Of a stretch of 64,000 bases of DNA, positions 39,911-50,595 are shown piece after piece. The DNA is taken from the NCBI GenBank assembly GCA_041640575.1, contig JBEPZZ010000004.1, forward strand, positions 5,392 to 69,391, read 5' to 3'. The notes beneath the pieces were generated by a model that had not been told where the DNA came from, made no database searches, and saw only the letters and a list, made by a program, of their open reading frames with translations. The translations under genes were made by a program, and so were the position numbers. Source of the stretch: Pseudothermotoga sp. GTDB taxonomy: Bacteria; Thermotogota; Thermotogae; Thermotogales; DSM-5069. Position 1 is the first letter of the stretch. Each line of letters opens with the position of its first letter.

Positions 39911-41077
39911 TTGCGTAAACATTTAATATGGCTATTGGTAATTTGTTCTATGTTTGTTTTTGCGCAAGAGACACGAATTAGAGATGTTTCGCCTGTTCTT
40001 GACATTTACGAACCTGTCTCATTCGTCGTTGAAAAGCAAATAATGGAAATCGACGAAAACAACAATTTCAGAGGGGGGCTTTTGACAACTAGATTTGATA
40101 TAGCCCAGTATTTGTACAGATTGATAAAGAATTTCAAACTTGAACAACTCGTTGTAGACGTCGGCAAGTTGAAAACTGATTCAGAAAAGTTTTCAGCCAG
40201 ATTTTCTGGTCTGGAATCAGCTTACAAGGTTACCGAGGATAGACTAAAGCAGCTTGAAGCAATTTTGACCACTTTGATCACCAAAGTGGATGAGCTTTCA
40301 AGTGACTTAGCCGCGAAGATCACCAAAGAAATTCAAAGTGTTCTAGAGCAATTGGCACAAATGCAAAAATTTGAAGAGCTCTTCGACAGAATCAGTTCTT
40401 TGGAGCAACAAATGACAGACTTGCAGAAACAAACAATGGATTTGACAAATCAACAGCAAAGTTATCAATCTAATTTACAATCTCTTTCTAATAAGATCTC
40501 ACAGCTCGAAACCAAGCATGCATCGGTGGTAGATGATCTTTCAGCCTTAAAGTCAGAGGTTGGCTTACTGAAAAACAATATTGATGAACAAATTGCAACA
40601 GTTGAGAAATTGCGAAAAGATGTTGAAACCAAGATTTCCATTTCCGAGAAGCTCATGGATGATAAACTTTCAAGTGCTTTAGGCAAGTTTGACAACAATT
40701 TGAAGAACCTTGCAAGCGATCTTTCCATTCAAAGAAAAGAAGTAGCTGACTTAACCCAGAACTTGTTAGGGCTTAAAGGACAGATTGATGTGCTCCAAAG
40801 AACTATTTCTGCTCTTGAGATAAACGCGACCAAGCAACAGGTACTCGAACTCCAAGCCTTGGCAGCAGAAATAGGCAAAAAAGTTGAGCAAACAAATGTG
40901 AACCTGAAAAAAATGGAAGAAAAAATCGCTACAATGGATATCAGTGCTTTGGAGAAAAGAATCAGCGAACTTGAAATGAGACAAAAAACCATAGAAAGCG
41001 GTATCATGACAGCTTACCTACTTGGTGGAATCAGTGTAGTTGTCGGAGTCTTGGCTTTAATCATGGCATTACAGTAA
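39911..41077 (+). CDS. Omp-alpha-like toga spacer protein (SLH-like domain, long coiled coil, C-terminal TM anchor)
   Basis: Signal peptide; SLH-like IMEIDENNNFRGGLLTTRFDIAQYLYR; ~280-aa heptad-rich region; terminal hydrophobic AYLLGGISVVVGVLALIMAL. Confidence 0.7.
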   Translation: MRKHLIWLLVICSMFVFAQETRIRDVSPVLDIYEPVSFVVEKQIMEIDENNNFRGGLLTTRFDIAQYLYRLIKNFKLEQLVVDVGKLKTDSEKFSARFSGLESAYKVTEDRLKQLEAILTTLITKVDELSSDLAAKITKEIQSVLEQLAQMQKFEELFDRISSLEQQMTDLQKQTMDLTNQQQSYQSNLQSLSNKISQLETKHASVVDDLSALKSEVGLLKNNIDEQIATVEKLRKDVETKISISEKLMDDKLSSALGKFDNNLKNLASDLSIQRKEVADLTQNLLGLKGQIDVLQRTISALEINATKQQVLELQALAAEIGKKVEQTNVNLKKMEEKIATMDISALEKRISELEMRQKTIESGIMTAYLLGGISVVVGVLALIMALQ

Positions 41078-41088
41078 GGTGATTCATC

Positions 41089-41715
41089 GTGAAAAAAGCG
41101 ATATTGGTCATCCTATTGATCTGTATTTCAACTTTAACTCTGGCAAAGACAATTCATATCGTATCAAAATACGTCAAGCCAGAAAAGGATCAAGCTTATT
41201 ACGAAGGAAATGTCAGAGTTGAGGTGCCTGATGACAAGCTGAGACTTGAGAGTGAAACAATGACTGTTACGAAATTTCAAAATGAGTGGAGAATAGTTGA
41301 TGCAAAACAGGTGAAAGTATTCTTCGAAGACGGTGAAGCAGCTGCGAAAGCTTTACGCTACGATCTGAAACTAAAGGCAGGAACACTGAGTGAATCAATA
41401 CAGGCAAAGGTTAGGGACAAAGAAAGCCAGGATGTTATTGAGGTAACTTCCGACAAAATGAGCATTGATCTTGAAAATGACGTTTTCACAGGCGAATCTT
41501 TAGGCAAGGTATTGATAATTAAAGGTAAAATTGAGGCAAAGGCAAAGAAATTCTTATACGACAGAAAGAATGGCTTGATAAAACTTGAAGGCGAAGTTGA
41601 GCTGATCGATCTTGAGAAAAACATTAAAATGTGGGCAGACAGTGTTCAAATAACCACGGTAGATGATAAAATGGTTGCAACAAATGCCAAAGTTGAACTA
41701 GTTGTGGAGGAGTGA
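41089..41715 (+). CDS. LptA/OstA-like periplasmic beta-jellyroll protein
   Basis: Signal peptide; repeated beta-rich units (YEGNVRV, FTGE..GKV.IIKG, LEGEVELID) typical of the OstA fold. Confidence 0.6.
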   Translation: MKKAILVILLICISTLTLAKTIHIVSKYVKPEKDQAYYEGNVRVEVPDDKLRLESETMTVTKFQNEWRIVDAKQVKVFFEDGEAAAKALRYDLKLKAGTLSESIQAKVRDKESQDVIEVTSDKMSIDLENDVFTGESLGKVLIIKGKIEAKAKKFLYDRKNGLIKLEGEVELIDLEKNIKMWADSVQITTVDDKMVATNAKVELVVEE

Positions 41716-42996
<1,281 letters not shown>

Positions 42997-43674
42997 TTGC
43001 CTCATATCTTTTATGCAAAGAAAACAGGCGATTTTGTCGAACTGGACGAGAGAGAGACACATCATTTGAAAGTAGTACGTCATAGAGTTGGAGATATTAT
43101 CAAGGTCACGGATGGAAAAGGTGTTCTCTATGTATGTGAACTGGTAGAAGTTGGGAAAGAAAAATCCATAGCCTCAATCAAGCAGTCTAATGTAATGGAA
43201 GCGCAACAAAAGGAAGCAATAACTTTGTGTGCTGCTTCGGAGAATTGGGACAGGCTTAGATGGCTAATTGAAAAATCAACAGAGGTTGGTATCGACCGAA
43301 TAGTCATCTACAAAGCTAAAAGATCTAGATCATACGTTCAAAAAAAAGACAAAATTGAGTTAATAGTCCGTGAGGCGGCAAAACAATGCGAAAGAGTTCT
43401 CTTCCCAGAGGTCAAAGTCTGCGACGAACTTGATTTTAAGGATTTAAACGGCAGAACAGTGATTCTTCACAAAAGTGGAAGACCGGCAAATATACAAGAT
43501 TTCCAAGCCCCAATTACGATTGTTGTAGGACCAGAGGGCGATTTTGAAGAGGACGAGCTTGAAAAATTTAGACAAAAAGCAGAGTTCTTGAGCCTGGGAA
43601 AAAAGATTCTGAGATTTGAAACAGCGGCTTTTTTAGCTCTTTGCTTATCTGGATTTATTAATAGCCGCATTTGA
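42997..43674 (+). CDS. rsmE: 16S rRNA m3U1498 methyltransferase
   Basis: HHLKVVR, EKSTEVG, EAAKQCER, VGPEGDF, LGKKILRFETA. Confidence 0.92.
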   Translation: MPHIFYAKKTGDFVELDERETHHLKVVRHRVGDIIKVTDGKGVLYVCELVEVGKEKSIASIKQSNVMEAQQKEAITLCAASENWDRLRWLIEKSTEVGIDRIVIYKAKRSRSYVQKKDKIELIVREAAKQCERVLFPEVKVCDELDFKDLNGRTVILHKSGRPANIQDFQAPITIVVGPEGDFEEDELEKFRQKAEFLSLGKKILRFETAAFLALCLSGFINSRI

Positions 43675-43687
43675 AAGGGGGCGCTTT

Positions 43688-44071
43688 ATGAAAAAGGGTA
43701 AGAAAGTTCTTTCACACGTAAAATATGAAAAAGAGCTTGAAAGTGCCTACCGTGAAAGACTTTCCTTAATCAAAAAGCCGGAAGAAATTGGAAGGGTTTT
43801 TGTCGAGTTTGCGTTAATTTTGCTTGAAAAAATTGATCAAAGAATCGACAAATCTTTTTCTGATCAGATCTTCTTCGACCCGACAAACGAAAACGGTTAC
43901 CGTCTGTCTGCATCGTTGACAAATCTTTTGTCTGAACATCTTGCAAATAGCGATTTACCAGCGATTTTGAAAAGGATGGCTTCAACAGCAGCTCATAGAT
44001 ACAGATCATTGACATCAGACAACGAAAGAACGAATTACTTTCGTTTGCAGGAGCGTCCGGATCAAAGATAG
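43688..44071 (+). CDS. Hypothetical cytoplasmic protein (127 aa)
   Basis: ATG after GGGGG RBS, co-directional with the operon and followed by a terminator; no family recognised. Confidence 0.6.
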   Translation: MKKGKKVLSHVKYEKELESAYRERLSLIKKPEEIGRVFVEFALILLEKIDQRIDKSFSDQIFFDPTNENGYRLSASLTNLLSEHLANSDLPAILKRMASTAAHRYRSLTSDNERTNYFRLQERPDQR

Positions 44072-44083
44072 AGAAACCATTCA

Positions 44084-44116
44084 AAAATAGCGCAGGGGTT
44101 CGACCCTGCGTTTTTT
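44084..44116. terminator. Bidirectional terminator
   Basis: CGCAGGG-GTTCGA-CCCTGCG followed by TTTTTT, with an A-run upstream; lies between convergent operons. Confidence 0.75.
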
Positions 44117-44130
44117 CACTACTTATCTTC

Positions 44131-45270
44131 TCATTCTTCACAATATATGCCAGTAACAAGTGATCCAAAAATCATTGCGCAACCCATTACAATAAACATC
44201 AGTCTGAATGAAATTTCAGAGAGCAAGCCAGTTATCAAGGGGCCAAACAAACTCCCAAACATGCGAACAGATGTGAGCAAACCAAGAAATTCCGCTTTTC
44301 TGTTATGTGGGGAGTTTTCAGAAACAAAGTAAGTTGCGCCATTTATAAACGCACCAAATCCCATGCCAGATACCGCATATCCAAGAAAAACCATAATGTA
44401 ATCACCAGGCCTTGCAAAAGCAAACAAAAATGCACCCAGACCAGATAAAAACATTCCCATCGTTGCAACAAACTTTGACGAAATTCTTCCAACAAGCCAA
44501 CCAAAAAGTAAATGTGAAGGCACCTGCATAAAGGGGTTACTTGAAGCCAAAAGCAAAGTTTGGCTCTTGGTTAGTCCAACTATTTCGTTCAGATATATAC
44601 CTATTACTGCAAAGGTTCCGCCTATACCAAGCTGTCTCAAAAACGAACCCAAATACATTGCCCAGAGATTCTTCTTTTTAAGAACTGTTTTTGAAGTTAT
44701 TGCTGAGAAAATTCTTTGAAGGTTCGTTCTTGTTATTTCATATTTAACATGAGGAATGCTTGGAGTTAAAGCAATCATAAACAAAGAAACCAACGAAACT
44801 GCGTACAGAATTAGCATTACACTCGTAACGCTTGCTGAGTTCATAAGGGGAGATATGATTAATCTTCCTATGGCTAATCCAAGAGATCCGGATATGTTGG
44901 ACAAAAGGATGATCACATTTGTTCTAAACAATGTGCTTTCTATGAGTATCGCTGTGACTATCGGATCATAAGCCGATGAAAGAAACGCGAAAATAATCGC
45001 TACCAGGAAGAATTCCCATGCTTCTTTGACGAAAGAATAAAAAAGAAAGACAACAGAGCTTGCTATCAGAGGCAGCATAAGTGTTTTTTTTCTTTCCCTC
45101 ATCTCATCGCTCAGAGCTCCCCAGAATGGTGCAGCTATGCTTCCCACGCCACTTGTAATTGTTGACAGGAAGCTGATTGAAAAGATGTCAATTCCTAGTT
45201 CTCTCATTTTGAACTGTAAAAGCATATCATAGTTTCCTATGGTGAAATTTCTTATAAAAGTTGAACCCAA
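44131..45270 (-). CDS. MFS transporter
   Basis: Multiple TM helices; PFWGALSDEMRERKK (motif A-like); second half GWLVGRISSK. Confidence 0.8.
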   Translation of the reverse strand: MGSTFIRNFTIGNYDMLLQFKMRELGIDIFSISFLSTITSGVGSIAAPFWGALSDEMRERKKTLMLPLIASSVVFLFYSFVKEAWEFFLVAIIFAFLSSAYDPIVTAILIESTLFRTNVIILLSNISGSLGLAIGRLIISPLMNSASVTSVMLILYAVSLVSLFMIALTPSIPHVKYEITRTNLQRIFSAITSKTVLKKKNLWAMYLGSFLRQLGIGGTFAVIGIYLNEIVGLTKSQTLLLASSNPFMQVPSHLLFGWLVGRISSKFVATMGMFLSGLGAFLFAFARPGDYIMVFLGYAVSGMGFGAFINGATYFVSENSPHNRKAEFLGLLTSVRMFGSLFGPLITGLLSEISFRLMFIVMGCAMIFGSLVTGIYCEE

Positions 45271-45280
45271 AAGTTTGAGA

Positions 45281-46795
45281 CTATTCCCATTCGATAGTTG
45301 CTGGTGGTTTTGAGCTGACGTCGTAGACTACCCTCCCAATTCCTTTAACGCTATTCAGAATTCTTCTTGCAGCAAGATCAAGAACTTCGTGAGGAATCTT
45401 TGACCAGTCGGCGGTCATACCCTCCGAGCTATCAACAGCTCTCAGAGCAAGAACATAATCGTAAGCTCTTTTGTCCCCTCTTACACCAACGGACTTCACA
45501 GGCAAAAGTACACAAAAAGCTTGCCACACTTTTTCATACCATCCGGTTTCCTTAAGTGTCTCGATGAATAAGCTATCTGCTTCTTTCAAAATCTCAAGTT
45601 TTTCTTCCGTTACTTCTCCAATTATTCTAACGGCGAGTCCAGGGCCAGGAAAAGGATGGCGGTAAAGTATCTGCCTTGGAATTCCCAACATTTCTCCAAC
45701 CAACCTAACTTCATCTTTGAAGAGGTTTCTAAGTGGTTCAACAATTTGCAAATTCATCCTTTCTGGAAGACCACCAACATTGTGATGACTTTTTATCGCA
45801 GCTGTTTTCTTTCCAGATTTTGCGCTCTCTATGACGTCCGAATAAATCGTCCCCTGAACCAGATGAGTTGCGCCATACTCTTCAGCTTGCTTCTCAAAAA
45901 CTCTTATGAATTCCTCTCCAATTATTTTTCGCTTTCTTTCCGGATCTGATACACCACGCAATCTCTCCAAAAATCTCTTTCTAGCATCTATCTTTACCAA
46001 GTTGAGGCCAAGAAGTCCCTTGAAAACCTTTGGTACATCATTCTCTTCACCTTTTCTCAAAAGTCCATGATCGACAAAAATGCTCAATAAATTTTCACCA
46101 ACAGCTTTATGAGTCAAAACACAGGCAACGGAAGAATCAACGCCTCCCGAAAGAGCCGCAATCACCTTTTTCTCAGCCAAAACTTCTCTAAGTTCTTCGA
46201 TCTTTCTTCTCACAAAATCTTCCAGATTCCAATTCGGCGTAAGACCACAAATTTTTGCAAGAAAATTGTGCAGAATATCCCTTCCTTTGACAGTATGTCT
46301 GACCTCTGGATGAAATTGTAAAAGCCAGAACCTCTTTCCATCGGTCGCAGCGGCAATCATCTCGTCAGTTGACTTTGCCAAAACTTTGAAACCTTTTGGC
46401 AGAACTTTAACATGATCTCCGTGACTCATCCAAACCGTTGTCTGATCCTCTATACCTGAGAAAATTGGATCCTTCTCAAGGATTCTTATCACAGTTCTAC
46501 CGTATTCAGCTTTCTGCCCTGGTTCAACCTTTCCATTCAACGAGTAAGCAACTAGTTGCATTCCATAGCATATTCCAAGAACTTTTCCATCGTACATTTC
46601 AAACCACTTTGGCAGCTTTGGAGCATCATTTTCGTAAACACTCGCTGGACCACCTGACAGTATAATTGCTTTCGCATCCTGTAGTTCAACTGGTTCATCG
46701 TATTGAACAACCTGGCTGTAATAACCAAGTTCCCTAACCAAGCGAGCTATTAATTGCGTATACTGAGAACCATAATCCACAACTAAGACTTTCAT
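45281..46795 (-). CDS. guaA: GMP synthase (glutamine-hydrolysing)
   Basis: DYGSQY, GICYGMQ, QFHPEV, SGGVDS, IKSHHNVGG, KPPATIEWE. Confidence 0.97.
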   Translation of the reverse strand: MKVLVVDYGSQYTQLIARLVRELGYYSQVVQYDEPVELQDAKAIILSGGPASVYENDAPKLPKWFEMYDGKVLGICYGMQLVAYSLNGKVEPGQKAEYGRTVIRILEKDPIFSGIEDQTTVWMSHGDHVKVLPKGFKVLAKSTDEMIAAATDGKRFWLLQFHPEVRHTVKGRDILHNFLAKICGLTPNWNLEDFVRRKIEELREVLAEKKVIAALSGGVDSSVACVLTHKAVGENLLSIFVDHGLLRKGEENDVPKVFKGLLGLNLVKIDARKRFLERLRGVSDPERKRKIIGEEFIRVFEKQAEEYGATHLVQGTIYSDVIESAKSGKKTAAIKSHHNVGGLPERMNLQIVEPLRNLFKDEVRLVGEMLGIPRQILYRHPFPGPGLAVRIIGEVTEEKLEILKEADSLFIETLKETGWYEKVWQAFCVLLPVKSVGVRGDKRAYDYVLALRAVDSSEGMTADWSKIPHEVLDLAARRILNSVKGIGRVVYDVSSKPPATIEWE

Positions 46796-47616
46796 TTTTT
46801 CACCTTCAAACCAAGAATTTCACGCGCACGTTGTGGTGTAGCTATTTTTCTTCCAAGCTCCTTTGCAATTCTTACAACTTTTTCAACAAGTTCAGCATTC
46901 GATCTAGCAAGAACTCCTTTTTCAATATAAATATTATCTTCCAATCCAACTCTAACATTTCCACCCATAGCTATGGCCATCGCGGCCATTTGAAATTGAT
47001 GCCTTCCGATCCCAGCAACTGTCCAAGTTGCATCTTTTGGAAGACTATCAACCATTGTAACTAAGTTCCTTGCGTTTGCCGCTATCCCGCCCGGTACTCC
47101 CATTACAAAATCAAAGTGTAGATGACTTTCAACCAAGCCCTTTTTAACCAACTGAATAGCGTTGTTAATATGACCAAGGTCAAAACACTCAAATTCGGGC
47201 ATAATCCCCTTTTCTTTCATAGCTTTTGCAAAACTTTCTACCATTGGCATACTGTTCATAAAAACGTCATTTCCAAAGTTCACTGTTCCTGTAGTTAACG
47301 TTGCCATATCTGGATCCGCTTCCAAAGATTGCAATCTTTCTTCTGGTGTCATCCAAACTGCTCCACCCGTCGACACTTGGACGATAATATCTTCGCATTT
47401 TTCTCTTATCAAATTGACGACTTTTTTGAAAATTTCTGCATTTTGAGTTGGATTCCCATTCTCGTCTCTCACATGTAAATGAACAATTGAAGCACCAGCC
47501 ATATAAGCATCATACGTTTGCTGCGCAATCTCTTCAGGAGTTATTGGTATATACGGCGTATCCTTTCGTGTCACTTCTGCTCCACACACCGCAACAGTTA
47601 TTATAAGTTCATCCAT
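46792..47616 (-). CDS. kce: 3-keto-5-aminohexanoate cleavage enzyme (BKACE family)
   Basis: [45 protein letters not shown]. Confidence 0.88.
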   Translation of the reverse strand: MDELIITVAVCGAEVTRKDTPYIPITPEEIAQQTYDAYMAGASIVHLHVRDENGNPTQNAEIFKKVVNLIREKCEDIIVQVSTGGAVWMTPEERLQSLEADPDMATLTTGTVNFGNDVFMNSMPMVESFAKAMKEKGIMPEFECFDLGHINNAIQLVKKGLVESHLHFDFVMGVPGGIAANARNLVTMVDSLPKDATWTVAGIGRHQFQMAAMAIAMGGNVRVGLEDNIYIEKGVLARSNAELVEKVVRIAKELGRKIATPQRAREILGLKVKK

Positions 47617-48007
47617 CTTTCTTCACCTTCCTTTGCTTATCCTTAGGCACAACACAAACAGCAATTGCCCTAGCAACCAAAACCGGCGGATCCAATACAT
47701 CGCAAGCTGATTCTTGACCAGGTATTCTTGCATTTGTTATAATTTTGTACACCTCAAACGTCATCTTTCTTGAAGTATTGCCGACTTCGGTTATCTGGCC
47801 GTGAATTTCCAGAAAATCTCCTGCGAAAACTGGTTTTAGAAATTCAACCGATTCATAAGCCCTCAATAAACCTTCATCACCATCATGTCTTATCAAAAGT
47901 TCAGTTGCAACATCACCCATCAATTGCAATAGCTTTGCTCCGTCAACAAGTCCACCGGCATAATGTGCGTCATGTTCGCTCATTCTTACTCTTAGAAAGG
48001 CTTTCAT
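47609..48007 (-). CDS. kal: 3-aminobutyryl-CoA ammonia-lyase (hotdog fold)
   Basis: [42 protein letters not shown]...[11 protein letters not shown] matches the Kal family; adjacent to kce. Confidence 0.88.
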   Translation of the reverse strand: MKAFLRVRMSEHDAHYAGGLVDGAKLLQLMGDVATELLIRHDGDEGLLRAYESVEFLKPVFAGDFLEIHGQITEVGNTSRKMTFEVYKIITNARIPGQESACDVLDPPVLVARAIAVCVVPKDKQRKVKKDG

Positions 48008-48848
48008 TGAAAATCCCCCTTTCGAAAACATTGAATAGCCACAAACCGAGTACCACCAAAATTCCTCCTAGTATGGTGTACAAATTTGGTGGGTTCTTCA
48101 AAAGAATAGTTTCTGAGACACTAGTTATGACTGGTATAAAATATATTGTATTGGTCGTGTAACGTGTTCCAACACGCTTCAAACCTATATTCCAAAACAC
48201 ATAAGCAATCCCAGAGCAGACTATTCCAAGGTAGAGAAGCCCAACCACGACTGGAAGCGAGAAAGAAATAGAAGATTTGTCTTCAAAAATCGAAAATGGT
48301 ATCAAAGTTAATAGGCCCCAGATGTTTATCGCCAAAACACCTTCTAATGAATCAGCGTTCGGCATTTTTTCAACATGGTAGGTGTAAAAAACCCACGAAA
48401 AAGCCGCTCCAAGAAGCATTAGATCGCCAATCGGACTTACCTTTAAAACGAATCTCCCATTCATTATAACAATGGCAACACCAAGGAATGCGAGAAGTGA
48501 TGAAAAATATTGCGCGATAGTTGTCCTTTTTCTTTGAATAAAATGCGTAAAAAGTGTGTAAAATATTGGAGCGCTTGAGACAATTAACGAAGCGTTGGTT
48601 GGATACGAATACACCAAACCTGTATTTTCAAAGAAAAAATACATTGTAACTCCCCAAAAACCCGCAAAAAAAGTATGCCAGTTGAGAAGTTTGGGAAATT
48701 TTTTCGTAAACAAATAAAGCGCAACGCAGGCTATGGCGAATCTAATCAAAGCCGCTGTAGATGGTGGTATCGATAATACTACAACTCTAGTTGCAACAAA
48801 AGAAATTCCCCAGAAAAAGACAACTGCCCAGACTAAACCTTTGAACAA
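47970..48848 (-). CDS. DMT/EamA-family transporter
   Basis: [41 protein letters not shown]. Confidence 0.88.
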   Translation of the reverse strand: MFKGLVWAVVFFWGISFVATRVVVLSIPPSTAALIRFAIACVALYLFTKKFPKLLNWHTFFAGFWGVTMYFFFENTGLVYSYPTNASLIVSSAPIFYTLFTHFIQRKRTTIAQYFSSLLAFLGVAIVIMNGRFVLKVSPIGDLMLLGAAFSWVFYTYHVEKMPNADSLEGVLAINIWGLLTLIPFSIFEDKSSISFSLPVVVGLLYLGIVCSGIAYVFWNIGLKRVGTRYTTNTIYFIPVITSVSETILLKNPPNLYTILGGILVVLGLWLFNVFERGIFNESLSKSKNERT

Positions 48849-48948
48849 GGTAGCACCTCCAACAAAAATTTTGACACAAAACTATGATATCTCCAAGAAA
48901 TTGTATAATCAAACAGAAGTTTTAGCAAAGTACGTTGGGGGGATAGTC

Positions 48949-50595
48949 TTGGAAAAAAAACAAATTAAGGCAAATTCAGTTGAAGCATTGCTTAATCAGC
49001 TTGCTAAAGATTATGGCTCAGACTGGTATCAAAAGGTGAAAATTACATTCATCAAAGATAGTCCCTTTGAAGTAATAGTTGAAGTATCCGAAATAGGTTC
49101 AGAGGGTTTCGAGCAACAGACTAAGGAATCAATCCACAAAGACAAACCAAATATCGCAATTCCAGTGCTTCCAGACATTTCAGAAATCGAGAGAAAACAT
49201 TCTGAACCAAGGGTCATGGTCTGGATATCTGAAGATAAAATGATTGCCAGCATTTCTGTAATTCCTGGTTTAAGAAGGATCGTACCAACCGTTGATGAAG
49301 TCGTTGAAGCACTTAACAACGCTGGTGTGAAATATGGAATAAATCGAGAAAGAATTGAACAAATAATAAGAGAACAAAGATTTTTCACTTCCATACCGGT
49401 TGCTTCAGGGAAACCTCCTAAGTCAGCAAAGGACGCACAGATTCAATTTCTCTTCCCATTGAGTGGATATGTCTCAGCAAAACCCGATGAATCGGAAAGA
49501 ATAGATCCAGCCTCGCTCTACAAAATTTTCACATGTGAAAAAGATCAGCTTCTTGCTTTGAAAGTGCCATCTGTTGAAGGCGAGGATGGTTTTACAGTTA
49601 CCGGAGAAACAATAAAAGTCGAAAAAGCTAAGGATATCAACTTGAAAAATTACCTAGGAGAAAACGTTTACCTTTCCGAGGATGGAAATAAGATCTTTGC
49701 ATCATGTGCTGGTCAACCTTTTTTCAAAAATTCCATGGTTCATGTGAAACAAGTGTTCGTTGTCGAGGGAGATCTTAACTACACCGTAGGAAATATAAAC
49801 TTCAACGGTACAGTGATTATACGAGGCAACGCCGAAGGCCCATTCAAAATATCCGCAAAGGGCGATGTTGTAATCGAAGGAATCTTGGGAGAAGTTCAAG
49901 TGTCTTCTGAAGGCTCATTGATGGTCAAGGGTGGGATCTTTGGAAGATCAAAGGGGATTGTAAAAGTGAGGAGGGATCTTTTCGCCAAATTTGTAAATGA
50001 AGCTCGCATTTTTTGTGAAGGAAAAGTTCTTATTGAGGATTACATAATGAATTCAATTTTGGTTTGTAATAGTGACGTGTTTGTAGGAGGCAGAGGAATA
50101 ATAGTGGGGGGAATTGTAAAGGCAAGAGGTAACATAACTGCTAAAGAACTTGGGACGAAAACTGGAATCAAAACTTTGGTAAGTTGTGGAATAAATTACG
50201 AGATTGAAGAAAAATACGAACAGTGCGAGCTTACTGTTTCCCAAATTGTGAAGGAGATTACGAAAATTTCTGAAAATGAGCAAAGGATCAAAGGAAAGCT
50301 TCTTCAAACAAGAGATTTGAAACAAAGGGAGATGCTGAGAAACTCTTTGTTTGATCTAGAACGACAAAGGCAGGCTTTATTGAAACAACTTTTCAGGTTG
50401 AAGCAAGCTATGGAGATCATTTTGAGGATCAGAAGATTTGAAAATATTTCTACCACGTCCAGAATAATTCTAAGAGGGGTTTGCCATCCAAACGTTAAGA
50501 TTACCATTGGATATGAAACTTTTCATGTTAAAGAGCAAATGACTGCAAAAGAGTTTTACATAGACAAGGATACTGGAAAAATTACCTGGCAGTGA
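48949..50595 (+). CDS. FapA/DUF342-family protein
   Basis: SEDKMIA, AGVKYGI, VASGKPP, VVEGDLNYTVGNINFNG; probable TTG start 48949 after GGGGGGA (the longer ORF-track start overlaps the DMT gene). Confidence 0.82.
   Translation: MEKKQIKANSVEALLNQLAKDYGSDWYQKVKITFIKDSPFEVIVEVSEIGSEGFEQQTKESIHKDKPNIAIPVLPDISEIERKHSEPRVMVWISEDKMIASISVIPGLRRIVPTVDEVVEALNNAGVKYGINRERIEQIIREQRFFTSIPVASGKPPKSAKDAQIQFLFPLSGYVSAKPDESERIDPASLYKIFTCEKDQLLALKVPSVEGEDGFTVTGETIKVEKAKDINLKNYLGENVYLSEDGNKIFASCAGQPFFKNSMVHVKQVFVVEGDLNYTVGNINFNGTVIIRGNAEGPFKISAKGDVVIEGILGEVQVSSEGSLMVKGGIFGRSKGIVKVRRDLFAKFVNEARIFCEGKVLIEDYIMNSILVCNSDVFVGGRGIIVGGIVKARGNITAKELGTKTGIKTLVSCGINYEIEEKYEQCELTVSQIVKEITKISENEQRIKGKLLQTRDLKQREMLRNSLFDLERQRQALLKQLFRLKQAMEIILRIRRFENISTTSRIILRGVCHPNVKITIGYETFHVKEQMTAKEFYIDKDTGKITWQ

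Noticed and set aside
48733-48948. ORF-track N-terminal extension of the FapA-like protein
   Set aside because: It overlaps the opposite-strand DMT gene and its upstream region; TTG 48949 has a good RBS
50440-50460. Isolated TTTCTACCAC match inside the FapA-like gene
   Set aside because: A single partial match in coding sequence is expected by chance
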